The position numbers and the translations under genes were made by a program. This document shows, one piece after another, positions 39,127 through 49,901 of a DNA stretch of 64,000 nt. Positions within the stretch are counted from its first letter, which is position 1. Each line of letters begins with the position of its first letter. This stretch comes from Microcoleus sp. (GTDB taxonomy: Bacteria; Cyanobacteriota; Cyanobacteriia; Cyanobacteriales; Microcoleaceae). The stretch spans positions 1,632,001 through 1,696,000 of the forward strand of contig CP181291.1 of the NCBI GenBank assembly GCA_052279835.1. The letters are read 5' to 3'. The notes under the pieces were generated by a model. That model was not told the DNA's origin. It saw only the letters and a list, made by a program, of their open reading frames with translations, and searched no databases.

Positions 39127-40533
39127 TCACAATTGATCGTTTCCTAAACCTAATGCTTGATTCGATCGCCTATTGAATGTAGGGTCGATTTCTTTGGCTG
39201 TTTGGAAATAGGCGCGAGATTGACCATTTTTGCCTAATTTAAGGGCGATCGCACCCGCCCGATCGAACATAGCGGCATCTCGAATGCCCGATCGCACTAT
39301 TTGGGCCATCACATCCTCGGCTTTTTGCCACTCCCCAGCGCCCGAAAGCGCCCAGGCTAAGGTATCCAGCGTCGCAGCATCGCGCCGGATTTTTACTTCT
39401 GCTTGCATTAAGGCTAATGCTTCTGTGACATCCTGCGATCGACCTTTTTCTAGTAGCAAACTCGCCAAATCCCGGCGGTGCCCGAAACCTCCAACTCCAG
39501 AAACCTGTTCCTGTCGTAGCGTAGCCTCTGCTTTGTCGAGGAGTTTTTTGGAGGCGATCGCATCTCCCTGTAACTGTTTTACTCTCGCCATACCGCGATC
39601 GACAAGGCGATCGTATATCGTCGCAGCCCCTCCCGAATAAGCAGAAACCTTGCTGTAATAACTTTCTGCTTCCCGGTAATTGCCTTGTCGCACTTCTAAA
39701 TCCGCCATATAAATCAACGCTAGCGGGTATCGAGGTAGCAACCGCAAAGTTTCCAAAAACAGCGCTTTCGCCTGCACAAACTGCCCACGACGGCTGTAAA
39801 ATCGACCCAAGAGCGATCGGGTACGCGCCGAACCCGCCACTTCTCCTGGTTCCTCCAGGGCCAAAGCTTGTTTGTAATCCTGCAAAACCTCCGCATCTCT
39901 ACCTTGAGATTCCCTCACCAAAGCCCTCAAAGTCAGAGAGCCCAAGTTGGGAAGCCGGTTGACTAAGGCTTCGGCTGCTGCATTCGCCTCAGTGATTTTT
40001 CCCATTGCTAAGTGAGATGTGACTGAAATGGCGATCGCATCCTCATTGTCAAAACCCACTTGTTTAGCCAAACGCAAAGCAGTGGCAAAATCGTGTCTAG
40101 CCTCAGCAATTCTAGCTAAAACTAACAGCGCACCTTTATTATCAAAAGGCAAATCCGCGATCGATCTTTGAGCAGCCTGTTCGGCTAACAAAAACCAACC
40201 ACCCTCCCCAGTAGCCCGACCCATTTTCAAATAAACCCCAGCCAATGCAGCCCGGTTCAAACCACTTTTTGAATCCACAGCCAGCCGCTGCTGATAAAAA
40301 TTAATTTCTTGTTGAATAGCATCTTTCTGATTCGGATTATTTCTCAAAACATCCGAAAAATGATATCGGTAATTAGCATCGAGATTTGCCGGACTTTTTT
40401 CAGAGAATTTATCCGCAATCTCACGAAAATGAGGCGGTAAATTAATCACTAAAATACCAACTACAGGAACTGCTATCAGCAGCCACCACCAAACAACATC
40501 CGATTTAATTCCTCGTCCTATTTTCACACTCAT
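39127..40533 (-). CDS. Membrane-anchored tetratricopeptide-repeat protein
   Basis: N-terminal TM followed by multiple TPR-like helical repeats. Confidence 0.85.
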   Translation of the reverse strand: MSVKIGRGIKSDVVWWWLLIAVPVVGILVINLPPHFREIADKFSEKSPANLDANYRYHFSDVLRNNPNQKDAIQQEINFYQQRLAVDSKSGLNRAALAGVYLKMGRATGEGGWFLLAEQAAQRSIADLPFDNKGALLVLARIAEARHDFATALRLAKQVGFDNEDAIAISVTSHLAMGKITEANAAAEALVNRLPNLGSLTLRALVRESQGRDAEVLQDYKQALALEEPGEVAGSARTRSLLGRFYSRRGQFVQAKALFLETLRLLPRYPLALIYMADLEVRQGNYREAESYYSKVSAYSGGAATIYDRLVDRGMARVKQLQGDAIASKKLLDKAEATLRQEQVSGVGGFGHRRDLASLLLEKGRSQDVTEALALMQAEVKIRRDAATLDTLAWALSGAGEWQKAEDVMAQIVRSGIRDAAMFDRAGAIALKLGKNGQSRAYFQTAKEIDPTFNRRSNQALGLGNDQL

Positions 40534-40601
40534 AAATCTGCGTTAATCTGAGTTCAAAAAAAAAGAATTTCCCATCATTAGCCAATAACCATAACCCATA
40601 A

Positions 40602-40648
40602 CCCTTCGACTACGCGGTTCCTGAGCGGAGTCGAAGGGCAGGGTACTG
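40602..40648. repeat. Nested CTTCGAC/CTGAGC short dispersed repeat
   Basis: cccttcgactacgc-ggttcctgagcggagtcgaaggg-cagggtactg; closely similar to 33196-33244. Confidence 0.75.
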
Positions 40649-40786
40649 CTAATGACTAATGACTAATGACTAATGACTAATGACTAATAACTAATAACTA
40701 ATGACTAATAACTAATGACTAATGACTAATGACTAATGACTAATGACTAATGACTAATGACTAATGACTAATGACTAATAACTAAT
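40649..40786. repeat. STRR heptamer array (CTAATGA/CTAATAA), about 19-20 units
   Basis: Direct inspection; the last unit overlaps the DUF4331 stop codon. Confidence 0.95.
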
Positions 40787-41996
40787 TCGGTAAAGCCAAA
40801 TAAGGAAAACTCGGTTGTAAAGGCTTATGTCCCTGAGCCGGATTTCCCGGCGTTCCTTCATAAGAAACGTTATCGCCCACGGGAGAACCCACCAAAGCTC
40901 CCAGAGTGATATCAATCACATCATCCAAAAGCATCCGACCCCCGATCAAACTTCCTTGAGCATTTGTCGCGCTACCATAACCGCTTGGTTTGGTCGTATC
41001 AATCCGCATGACATCTGGTAAAAAAGCTCCTGCGATCGCATTTGGATCGACGTTATCCTTACCATCCAAAAGATCCACAGCATTCAAAGTCGCAACAGCT
41101 TCCTGGCGCACCGGAGCCGCAGCAGGACTCAAATCTAATCTGGGAGAAATATTATTAAAGGCCTCCATAAACCCAGGAGTTACGATCAAACCTTCATTGA
41201 TTGCAGGTCTAGCCAAGCGCTCAAATTGTTTGAAACCACCAACTCCATCCCTGATGGAAACCGTTGACCACACATCAAAGGTATTCGCCCCTGTTCCTGC
41301 TTGCAAAAATGCTTTCGGAACCCGCACAGCAATTGTATTGACGTTGTAACCTTTCGCAAAGTCGATCGCTTGACTTGGTTGTTTAAAACTTACTTTCGGT
41401 CCGGTGCCCAAAGCCCCAGCCCGCACTCGGAAAAATTGTTCTACATCAAAGAAGAACGGATCTTCCCGCAAACCTGCAAATACGGTCAAGTTAGAACCGC
41501 CTACAGGTACTGTATTTAAAACAGCATTAGAATTGAGCGGTGTTGTGGTAATGAAGCTATTATTAACTGTTGTCTTAGTAGTAGTTTCTACACCGCCACG
41601 AACCACGGTAACAGCCGCCGCTTGTATACCTTGATTATTGGGCGGACTAAAGGCCAATCGCACAATTATATCTGCTCGTCCCGTGGGGGTAGAATTCACA
41701 TCACCTACCTGTGTGACGTGAAATTGGTAAAGAGCCGTAGTGCTGAAATAATATTGATAGCGAGCTATTGACCGGGGATTTGAATTCATGATGAATACTA
41801 AATCTCCGTCCGCAGCGCCAGAATTCTGGTCTTGTTCGCGAAACACGTAGAGGTCTGTTAAATTGACTGTGCGACCTTTGATGTCTACTTCGCCGTCGTC
41901 GTGATCGGAAGCTGCAATTATCCCTGGGGTTAATACGGCAATTAGAGCTAATTCTATCGCTAGTATTGTGCGCCGAATGTTTTTGGGTAGTTTCAC
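40782..41996 (-). CDS. DUF4331 domain exported protein
   Basis: Signal peptide then ASDHDDG; LTDLYVF, FAGLREDPFFFD, ERLARPAIN, GGRMLLDDVID, FPYLALPN; GTG start at 41996 behind an AAGGTG RBS (ORF open from 42044). Confidence 0.88.
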   Translation of the reverse strand: MKLPKNIRRTILAIELALIAVLTPGIIAASDHDDGEVDIKGRTVNLTDLYVFREQDQNSGAADGDLVFIMNSNPRSIARYQYYFSTTALYQFHVTQVGDVNSTPTGRADIIVRLAFSPPNNQGIQAAAVTVVRGGVETTTKTTVNNSFITTTPLNSNAVLNTVPVGGSNLTVFAGLREDPFFFDVEQFFRVRAGALGTGPKVSFKQPSQAIDFAKGYNVNTIAVRVPKAFLQAGTGANTFDVWSTVSIRDGVGGFKQFERLARPAINEGLIVTPGFMEAFNNISPRLDLSPAAAPVRQEAVATLNAVDLLDGKDNVDPNAIAGAFLPDVMRIDTTKPSGYGSATNAQGSLIGGRMLLDDVIDITLGALVGSPVGDNVSYEGTPGNPAQGHKPLQPSFPYLALPN

Positions 41997-42130
41997 AGTT
42001 ATCACCTTTATTGCAAAGATAGTATGGATATAACTTAGTAGCATGGCTGACGGAAAAACTCGATTGGTTATGGGTTGGCGAAGTTATAGCTGTCGCCACC
42101 ATTACGCTGAGAACCCGAACCTAACTGGTA

Positions 42131-42156
42131 TACGAAGGTTTTGCTATTTTGGATCT
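42131..42156 (-). promoter_or_regulatory. Putative ECF-sigma promoter (aGATCC-N16-CGTA) facing the DUF4331 operon
   Basis: Minus strand reads AGATCC aaaatagcaaaacctt CGTA, matching the RpoE/ChrR-type consensus TGATCC-N16-CGTA. Confidence 0.6.
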
Positions 42157-42439
42157 ATCTGGTTTTGTTAAGTTTTGTAAAAATTGCTATTTTCAGATTT
42201 GCCCAGGGATTTTCTGGGAGTCAACAGATTTGAGATTTGAGATTGCGGAAGTGATAAACTGCAATATGAATTGGGAATCTCATAATTCAAAGCAGTGTAA
42301 AACTAGCCTAAAAAGGCATACTCCAGCTTGTACCCCCCAACTTCAAACTTACAATTATCTTTGGGTTATGTAGTGATATACGCTGAATTTTTAATTTTGG
42401 ATCTGTGCAGTCAAAACACATTTTTTTCGGTACACTGAA

Positions 42440-43006
42440 ATGACAGCTCAAAAGTCAGGGGATGAATCGCTACTATTAGTGCAGATTGCCCAGAAAGACC
42501 AAACAGCCTTAGCTAAACTGTACGATCGCTATGGTCGCGCTAGTTATGCTCTCGCTTACAAAATTCTGGGTTCGGTAGAAGAAGCTGAAGAAGTTGTACT
42601 AGATGTTTTTTCTCAGATTTGGCAAAAAGCATCAAGTTATGATGTTTCCCGCAGTCGAGTTGATACTTGGTTGTTTCTGCTGACGCGCAGTCGTTCCCTG
42701 GATAGACTTCGAGTTTTGCAGCGCAATTTTCGGACGGTTGTTGCTTCTTTGGAAAATGCGAAAGTCCCTATTTCTGCTATGGCAGAACCGATGGCAGATG
42801 CCATACTAGAAGAACGGAGCGAACAGGTTAAAGCAGCGCTGGAAGCATTGCCGCCAGAACAACGAGAGGCGATTGAATTAGCCTATTATCAAGGATTGAC
42901 TTGTGCTGCGATCGCTACTAAGACAGGCATTCCTGTGGGTACTATCAAAACCCGAATTCGGTTAGGTATTTCTAAATTGCGTCAAGCTTTGAGCGAAATA
43001 GTTTAA
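42440..43006 (+). CDS. ECF sigma-70 factor
   Basis: LAKLYDRY, AEEVVLDVFSQIWQKA, WLFLLTRSRSLDRLR, LPPEQREAIELAYYQGLT, GTIKTRIRLG. Confidence 0.93.
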   Translation: MTAQKSGDESLLLVQIAQKDQTALAKLYDRYGRASYALAYKILGSVEEAEEVVLDVFSQIWQKASSYDVSRSRVDTWLFLLTRSRSLDRLRVLQRNFRTVVASLENAKVPISAMAEPMADAILEERSEQVKAALEALPPEQREAIELAYYQGLTCAAIATKTGIPVGTIKTRIRLGISKLRQALSEIV

Positions 43007-43009
43007 ATT

Positions 43010-43627
43010 ATGGAAATCATAGAGTATGAGGAATTTAATATCCTTGCAGCGCTTCGAGCTCTCGATACTATGGACGAGTCAGAAAGTCGCGCCCTTAAAG
43101 AGAAATTGCAAGAGTCTCCACAACTGGAAACTGAATTAGATGCTGTTGAGGCTGCGGTTGCTGCGATCGCCTACACAGCCCCTCCCGTACCTGTCTCCCC
43201 CAACCTCAAACACCGTTTGTTCCAGCGCATCGCCGAACTTGCGCCAACTCCCACGGAGGAAGTTAATTCACAGCCAGTTATTCCGGCTAGTGAAAACAAT
43301 ACTCCTTCTCTAATTGTGCGTTCCCAGCATCGGAAATGGAGAAAATATATAGTTTCAGGTATTTCGTTTGCTAACCTTTATCTAGATAAAGAAAAGCGCG
43401 AATTTACCTGTTTGATGCGGTTAGAACCGGGAATCAAGTTTCCGCTACATAGACACAGCGGAGTAGAAGAAGTGTTTATGTTAGAAGGAGATTTAGAGGT
43501 GGAGGGAGAAGTTTGTTATCAAGGGGATTACATTCGCTCCTTACCGAATTCTATTCATGCACCTGTCACTCGTGGCGGATGTTTATTGTTAGTGAAATCA
43601 TCCATAGACAACGAAATGTTGAGTTGA
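43010..43627 (+). CDS. ChrR-like cupin-domain anti-sigma factor
   Basis: N-terminal anti-sigma helices; cupin PLHRHSGVEEVFMLEG...GDYI...SIH; 3 nt after the sigma stop. Confidence 0.88.
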   Translation: MEIIEYEEFNILAALRALDTMDESESRALKEKLQESPQLETELDAVEAAVAAIAYTAPPVPVSPNLKHRLFQRIAELAPTPTEEVNSQPVIPASENNTPSLIVRSQHRKWRKYIVSGISFANLYLDKEKREFTCLMRLEPGIKFPLHRHSGVEEVFMLEGDLEVEGEVCYQGDYIRSLPNSIHAPVTRGGCLLLVKSSIDNEMLS

Positions 43628-43687
43628 CCTTTGAAAACTAACAAATAACAAATTAACAATTAACAACTAACCAAGGAGTTCTGTATC

Positions 43688-44164
43688 ATGCTAAATAGCT
43701 TGCGTTTAAGTGCGATGATAGCTGTGATGTTGCTTCCCGTCCTAGTCAGCAACACCAAAAGTGCGATCGCCCAAGAACGGGAAGGATGTTTTATCGTCAA
43801 CTCAGCGGGAGAAGTGATTAATTTAAATCAGTTGTGTTCTAATCAGGAACCAACAGTTAAAATTACTGGAAATGATGGGAAATTTATTGAAGACTACAAA
43901 CGTTTAGCTAAAAGCTACTCCACAGCGACAACGGATAGCTTATTGCAAGCAATTCAAAGCCGCCCTAGTCAAAAAATTGCAGCAGCTAAAAAAATGTGTG
44001 CGGAGGCAAAATCGGGAGTTTCTCTGCCGGAATTAAAATTAAGAGCGATCGGGGAAGCCGCGAGTATGGAAAATCCCATTGCTAAAGAAAGTTTTCTGGC
44101 GGATACTGATATTACCGTGACTCTGGCGTCTAATCACTACTGCCCGGAATTGGCCATTAGGTAA
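43688..44164 (+). CDS. Exported hypothetical protein
   Basis: Signal peptide ..SAIA-Q; CFIVNSAGEVINLNQLC; C-terminal YCPE; AGGAG RBS. Confidence 0.75.
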   Translation: MLNSLRLSAMIAVMLLPVLVSNTKSAIAQEREGCFIVNSAGEVINLNQLCSNQEPTVKITGNDGKFIEDYKRLAKSYSTATTDSLLQAIQSRPSQKIAAAKKMCAEAKSGVSLPELKLRAIGEAASMENPIAKESFLADTDITVTLASNHYCPELAIR

Positions 44165-44191
44165 TCAGTCAGGACAGGGCAGTGCCCTGTC

Positions 44192-44298
44192 ATATCAAAT
44201 CCGTTGGTATCGTCCTGTATTCATCTCTCTCTTCTCCTCCTCTGTGCCCTCTGCGCCAAGAGCGGTTAAATCATTCCGATGCAACCGTAAACGATATC
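44192..44298. mobile_element. About 105-bp MITE-like element
   Basis: atatcaaatccg...ggttaaatcattccgatgcaaccg...gatat; same family as 24661 and 57749. Confidence 0.6.
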
Positions 44299-44408
44299 AC
44301 AGTTTGCAAAAATTAATGGTTATGGCAATTAAAAAGCGATCGCCTTTTGAGTAAAAAAGCGATCGCCATCGGTTTAATAATTAGTTAGCAACTATGACTA
44401 ATTACTAA

Positions 44409-45008
44409 TTAAGCTGCTGGTGTTGCTGCTTCTGAGTCATCTTCAGAACCGGCTTGAGTACCAAGTACGCTGACAACCACCTGATTTGGTTCACCAATAG
44501 CTACTACTCCTGCGGGTAACACGAGTTCGTGAATGTGCAGTGCATCCCCTACATTTAAATTAGAAATATCTACTTCAATGGCATCAGGAATGCTGTCAGG
44601 TTTACACTTAACTGCTAGTTGGGTCATCACGGTATCCAAGATGCCGCCTCCCAACTTGACACCGACAGATTCGCCGACAAAATGCAAGGACAATTCAACT
44701 TCGAGGCTGTCTTGACTTCCTACCGCAAAAAAGCTGAGATGATAGGGAAAACCTTTCCAAGGATGGCGCTGCACTTCCCGCAATAAAGTTTTTCCTTTCC
44801 AAGAAATTTCTGGAATATTCAGGTCAATTAAGACGTTGTTGACAACGCGCTGTTTGAGGAGAGTTTCAACGGCTTTGGCAGGGATAGTAAGAGCAAGGGA
44901 TTCAGATCCTTGATGACCGTAAAGTACGGCGGGAATCAATCCTGAGCGACGGAGGGCATTGGGTTTGCTGCCTTCAGCTCGCTTTTGACATTCAACTGCG
45001 ATTTCCAT
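44409..45008 (-). CDS. rplY: 50S ribosomal protein bL25 / Ctc (long form)
   Basis: [39 protein letters not shown]. Confidence 0.95.
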   Translation of the reverse strand: MEIAVECQKRAEGSKPNALRRSGLIPAVLYGHQGSESLALTIPAKAVETLLKQRVVNNVLIDLNIPEISWKGKTLLREVQRHPWKGFPYHLSFFAVGSQDSLEVELSLHFVGESVGVKLGGGILDTVMTQLAVKCKPDSIPDAIEVDISNLNVGDALHIHELVLPAGVVAIGEPNQVVVSVLGTQAGSEDDSEAATPAA

Positions 45009-45170
45009 GTTCTGACTTTTGGCTTATTGTTTTCACATTTTACCAAATTTGTGGTAGTGCGATCGCACTTAATTAAATTCACTAACCGAAAGTTTATCGG
45101 CACTGACAAATCCAATAATACCAATTTAAATAGTAAGTATTATTGGAGATGTCTATGACAACTAAACGTA

Positions 45171-46550
<1,380 letters not shown>

Positions 46551-46612
46551 TTATCTACGGATATGTGTCAAATGTCAATCAATTTTTAATTTTTGATTTT
46601 GGATAGATTGGA

Positions 46613-46710
46613 CCACCCCCCCTGCCCCCCCAAGGGGGATTGGGAATTGGGTATTGGGGGATGGGGCATTGGGGCAACCCCCCCTGCCCCCCCAAGGGGG
46701 GATGGGAACT
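46613..46710. repeat. CCCCCCAAGGGGG palindromes with GGGAATT-type heptamers
   Basis: Two copies of cccccctgccccccaaggggg; similar at 32778 and 59430. Confidence 0.7.
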
Positions 46711-46771
46711 CACTCACAAGGACTGACTAATTAATTTTTGTTACAATCAAGAAAATTGAGGCTGTTTTGCC

Positions 46772-47809
46772 ATGAGTTTACACGCTGAGTTGCACCGCCA
46801 TCTGGGTGGTTCTGTGGTTCCTAGGGTGCTGTGGCGGTATTTCGATCGCCACAATGCTGAAATGGTCGATCGATTTCAAGAATACTCGGAGTTTGAGGAG
46901 TTTTACACACGTCGGCGCAATACTCTGGATGAGTATTTGGAACTGCACACGCTGGTAGAAAGCGTTCAAACTGTTGAGACTCTGCCTTATTTCATCTATC
47001 GGTTGATGCGGGGCGCTTACGTGTTTGAAAATCTGGCTTATTTGGAGTTGCGTTATACACCTTATCTGCGAACTCCAGAACATTTGTCGCAGTCAGAACG
47101 AATTGATTTGATGGCAGAAATTGTCCGAGTTGTGGGTAAGGCCAGTCAAATTAGCGATTGTCCAATTGTCACCAGCCAAATTTTGTGTATGCACTCGCGT
47201 TTACCCTATGAAGTGAATCGGGCGATCGTCGATTTGGCTGCACAGATGGGAGAATATGTTTGTGCGATCGATTTTGCTGGGGGCGATGCTTGCATTAGCG
47301 AGCGTTTAGACGAATTTGTCGTATTATATCAGTACGCAAGGTCGATCGGCCTCAAAACAACCGGCCACCTCTACGAAACAACCTCTGGCTGTTATCCCGA
47401 ATTACTGCCCTATCTGATGCGAATCGGCCACGGAATTCAAATTCCATTAAAATATCCCGAACTGTTGCCAGAAGTAGCACGTAGGGGTCAATGCTTGGAA
47501 GTTTGCCCGACTACCTATCTGAAAACTGGAACCTTGCAAGATATGCGGGAATTGAAGGTAGTATTCGATCGCTGTTTTGAAGCCGGTGTCGATATTGCGA
47601 TTTGCACGGACAACGCGGGATTGCACAACGTGCGGCTGCCCTTTGAATACGAAAATTTATTGACTCTGGATATCATTGATTTTCGGCAATTGCAAGCCTG
47701 TCAAAATGCTGCTTTTCGCCATGCTTTCGCGTGGCCCTATGGGGAGCAACCGGCCAAAATCCTGACTGGTTTGTTGCAGCATGAGTCGGTTGGTGCGATC
47801 GTTAATTAG
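46772..47809 (+). CDS. add: Adenosine deaminase family protein
   Basis: AELHRHLGGS, YLELRYTP, GHLYE, RIGHG, LEVCPT, CTDN. Confidence 0.85.
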   Translation: MSLHAELHRHLGGSVVPRVLWRYFDRHNAEMVDRFQEYSEFEEFYTRRRNTLDEYLELHTLVESVQTVETLPYFIYRLMRGAYVFENLAYLELRYTPYLRTPEHLSQSERIDLMAEIVRVVGKASQISDCPIVTSQILCMHSRLPYEVNRAIVDLAAQMGEYVCAIDFAGGDACISERLDEFVVLYQYARSIGLKTTGHLYETTSGCYPELLPYLMRIGHGIQIPLKYPELLPEVARRGQCLEVCPTTYLKTGTLQDMRELKVVFDRCFEAGVDIAICTDNAGLHNVRLPFEYENLLTLDIIDFRQLQACQNAAFRHAFAWPYGEQPAKILTGLLQHESVGAIVN

Positions 47810-47816
47810 CTGGTTT

Positions 47817-48468
47817 TTACCTGGTTCCTAGGCTCTGCCTGGGAACCCATATCACTCTTGCTCTGCCTCGTCATATACCGACTAAAATTGGGAGGCAGAG
47901 CCTCCGGATCTGCGTTACTAGGCAGAGCCTAGTAACGAGTAGAAGAGGAAGATATAGCGATCCTAGAAATAACAAAAAGCTCTTTCTTTTCTTCCTTCGC
48001 GCTCTTTGCGTCTTCGTGGTTCGTTCAAATATGTTATTTTAGAAAATAAAAGCATAAAAAAACAATGACAAATATGGACGCTTATTGGATGCCCTTCACC
48101 GCAAACCTACAGTTTAAAGCGAGTCCGCGAATGTTGGTTACCTGGTTACCTGGTTCCTAGGCTCTGCCTGGGAACCCATATCACTCTTGCTCTGCCTCGT
48201 CGTATACCGACTAAAATTGGGAGGCAGAGCCTCCGGATCTGCGTTACTAGGCAGAGCCTAGTAACGAGTAGAAGAGGAAGATATAGCAATCCTAGAAATA
48301 AGAAAAAGCTCTTTCTTTTCTTCCTTCGCGCTCTTTGCGTCTTCGTGGTTCGTTCAAATATGTTATTTTAGAAAATAAAAGCATAAAAAAACAATGACAA
48401 ATATGGACGCTTATTGGATGCCCTTCACCGCAAACCGACAGTTTAAAGCGAGTCCGCGAATGTTGGTT
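47817..48468. repeat. Tandem duplication with period 329 bp (47817-48139 and 48146-48468)
   Basis: Copies align gaplessly with 4 substitutions found by eye; each holds the REPIN-like element and the aminotransferase 5' end. Confidence 0.95.
48065..48160 (+). pseudogene. Duplicated 5' stub of the aminotransferase (31 aa)
   Basis: MTNMDAYWMPFTANLQFKASPRMLVTWLPGS-stop. Confidence 0.85.
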
Positions 48469-49698
48469 TCGGCAAAAGATATGCACTTTACTAGCGATGA
48501 TAATCGCTCAATTCTCGATGGTACTGCGGGGCTTTGGTGCGTGAATGCCGGACACGGGCGGGAGACAATTGCCGAAGCGGTTAAACAGCAGGTTTTAAAC
48601 TTGGATTACGCGCCTCCTTTTCAAATGGGACATCCGGCTGCTTTTGAATTAGCAGAACGTTTGGTAAAAATGATACCCGGCAATTTCGATCGCGTTTTTT
48701 TTACTAATTCTGGTTCGGAATCGGTGGATACTGCCTTAAAAATTGCGATCGCCTATCATCGAGTTAGAGGCGAAGGAACACGCCAAAGATTGATTGGTAG
48801 GGAACGGGGTTATCACGGTGTTGGTTTTGGGGGAATTTCTGTCGGTGGGATTGGTCCAAATCGCAAGTTTTTCGGCAGTTTGCTGACTGGAGTAGATCAT
48901 TTACCTCACACTCATAACCTCGAACACAATGCTTTCAGCCGCAAACAGCCGGAATGGGGGGCGCATTTGGCGGATGAATTGGAACGGATTGTGGCTTTGC
49001 ATGATGCGTCGAATATTGCGGCGGTAATTGTGGAACCTGTGGCGGGTTCTACGGGAGTTTTGATTCCGCCCAAAGGTTATTTGGAAAGGCTTCGGGCGAT
49101 TTGCGACAAGTACGGAATTCTGCTGATTTTTGATGAAGTAATTACAGGTTTTGGGCGTTTAGGTTCGAGTTTTGCCACTGAATATTTTGGGGTAATTCCT
49201 GATATCGTGACGGTGGCAAAAGGGATAACTAACGGTACTGTACCCATGGGGGCGGTATTTGTTAAGGAAGGTATTTATGATGCTTTTATGAATGCTCCTG
49301 AAAATACCATAGAGCTGTTTCATGGCTATACTTATTCTGGGCATCCACTGGCTTGTGCTGCTGCTTTGGCGACGCTGGATATTTACGAAGAAGAAAAATT
49401 GTTCGATCGGGCTGATAAAATATCCGATTATTGGGAAAATGCTGTGCATTCTTTGAAAGGAGTGCGGCACGTTATTGATGTTCGCAATTTGGGACTTGTG
49501 GCGGGGATTGAGTTGGAATCTATGGCTGGGAAGCCCGGTAAACGGGCTTTTGATTGTTTTTTAAAGTGCTACGAAAATGGGTTGTTGATTCGCACCACTG
49601 GGGATATAATTGCTTTGTCGCCGTCGTTGATTATTGAGAAAGAACATATCGATCGCCTTGTGGAAATTTTGACGGCGGTTTTGCAGGGGATGGAATGA
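48394..49698 (+). CDS. Class III PLP aminotransferase, omega-amino acid/beta-alanine:pyruvate type
   Basis: WMPFTANRQFK, DGTAGLWC, NSGSES, GYHG, FDEVITGFGR, AKGIT (PLP Lys), HGYTYSGHP. Confidence 0.9.
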   Translation: MTNMDAYWMPFTANRQFKASPRMLVSAKDMHFTSDDNRSILDGTAGLWCVNAGHGRETIAEAVKQQVLNLDYAPPFQMGHPAAFELAERLVKMIPGNFDRVFFTNSGSESVDTALKIAIAYHRVRGEGTRQRLIGRERGYHGVGFGGISVGGIGPNRKFFGSLLTGVDHLPHTHNLEHNAFSRKQPEWGAHLADELERIVALHDASNIAAVIVEPVAGSTGVLIPPKGYLERLRAICDKYGILLIFDEVITGFGRLGSSFATEYFGVIPDIVTVAKGITNGTVPMGAVFVKEGIYDAFMNAPENTIELFHGYTYSGHPLACAAALATLDIYEEEKLFDRADKISDYWENAVHSLKGVRHVIDVRNLGLVAGIELESMAGKPGKRAFDCFLKCYENGLLIRTTGDIIALSPSLIIEKEHIDRLVEILTAVLQGME

Positions 49699-49901
49699 AT
49701 CCCCGCCACCAAAATCCCCACGCTAACCACAAGTGGGCCTGGACAAATAATCCCTAGGACTTCATTAACAAGTTTAGTATCAACTGCTACATTTTGCCCA
49801 AAGCTCCGAGAGACCTAAGAAATCTACTGGTTCCCAGGCTCTTCCTGGGAACCAGGAACCTGGTAAAATGATATTGGAATAGTTTCCGTCAAATTACAAT
49901 C

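Noticed and set aside
40649..40786. Long heptamer array as CRISPR or a novel element
   Set aside because: Ordinary cyanobacterial STRR without spacers
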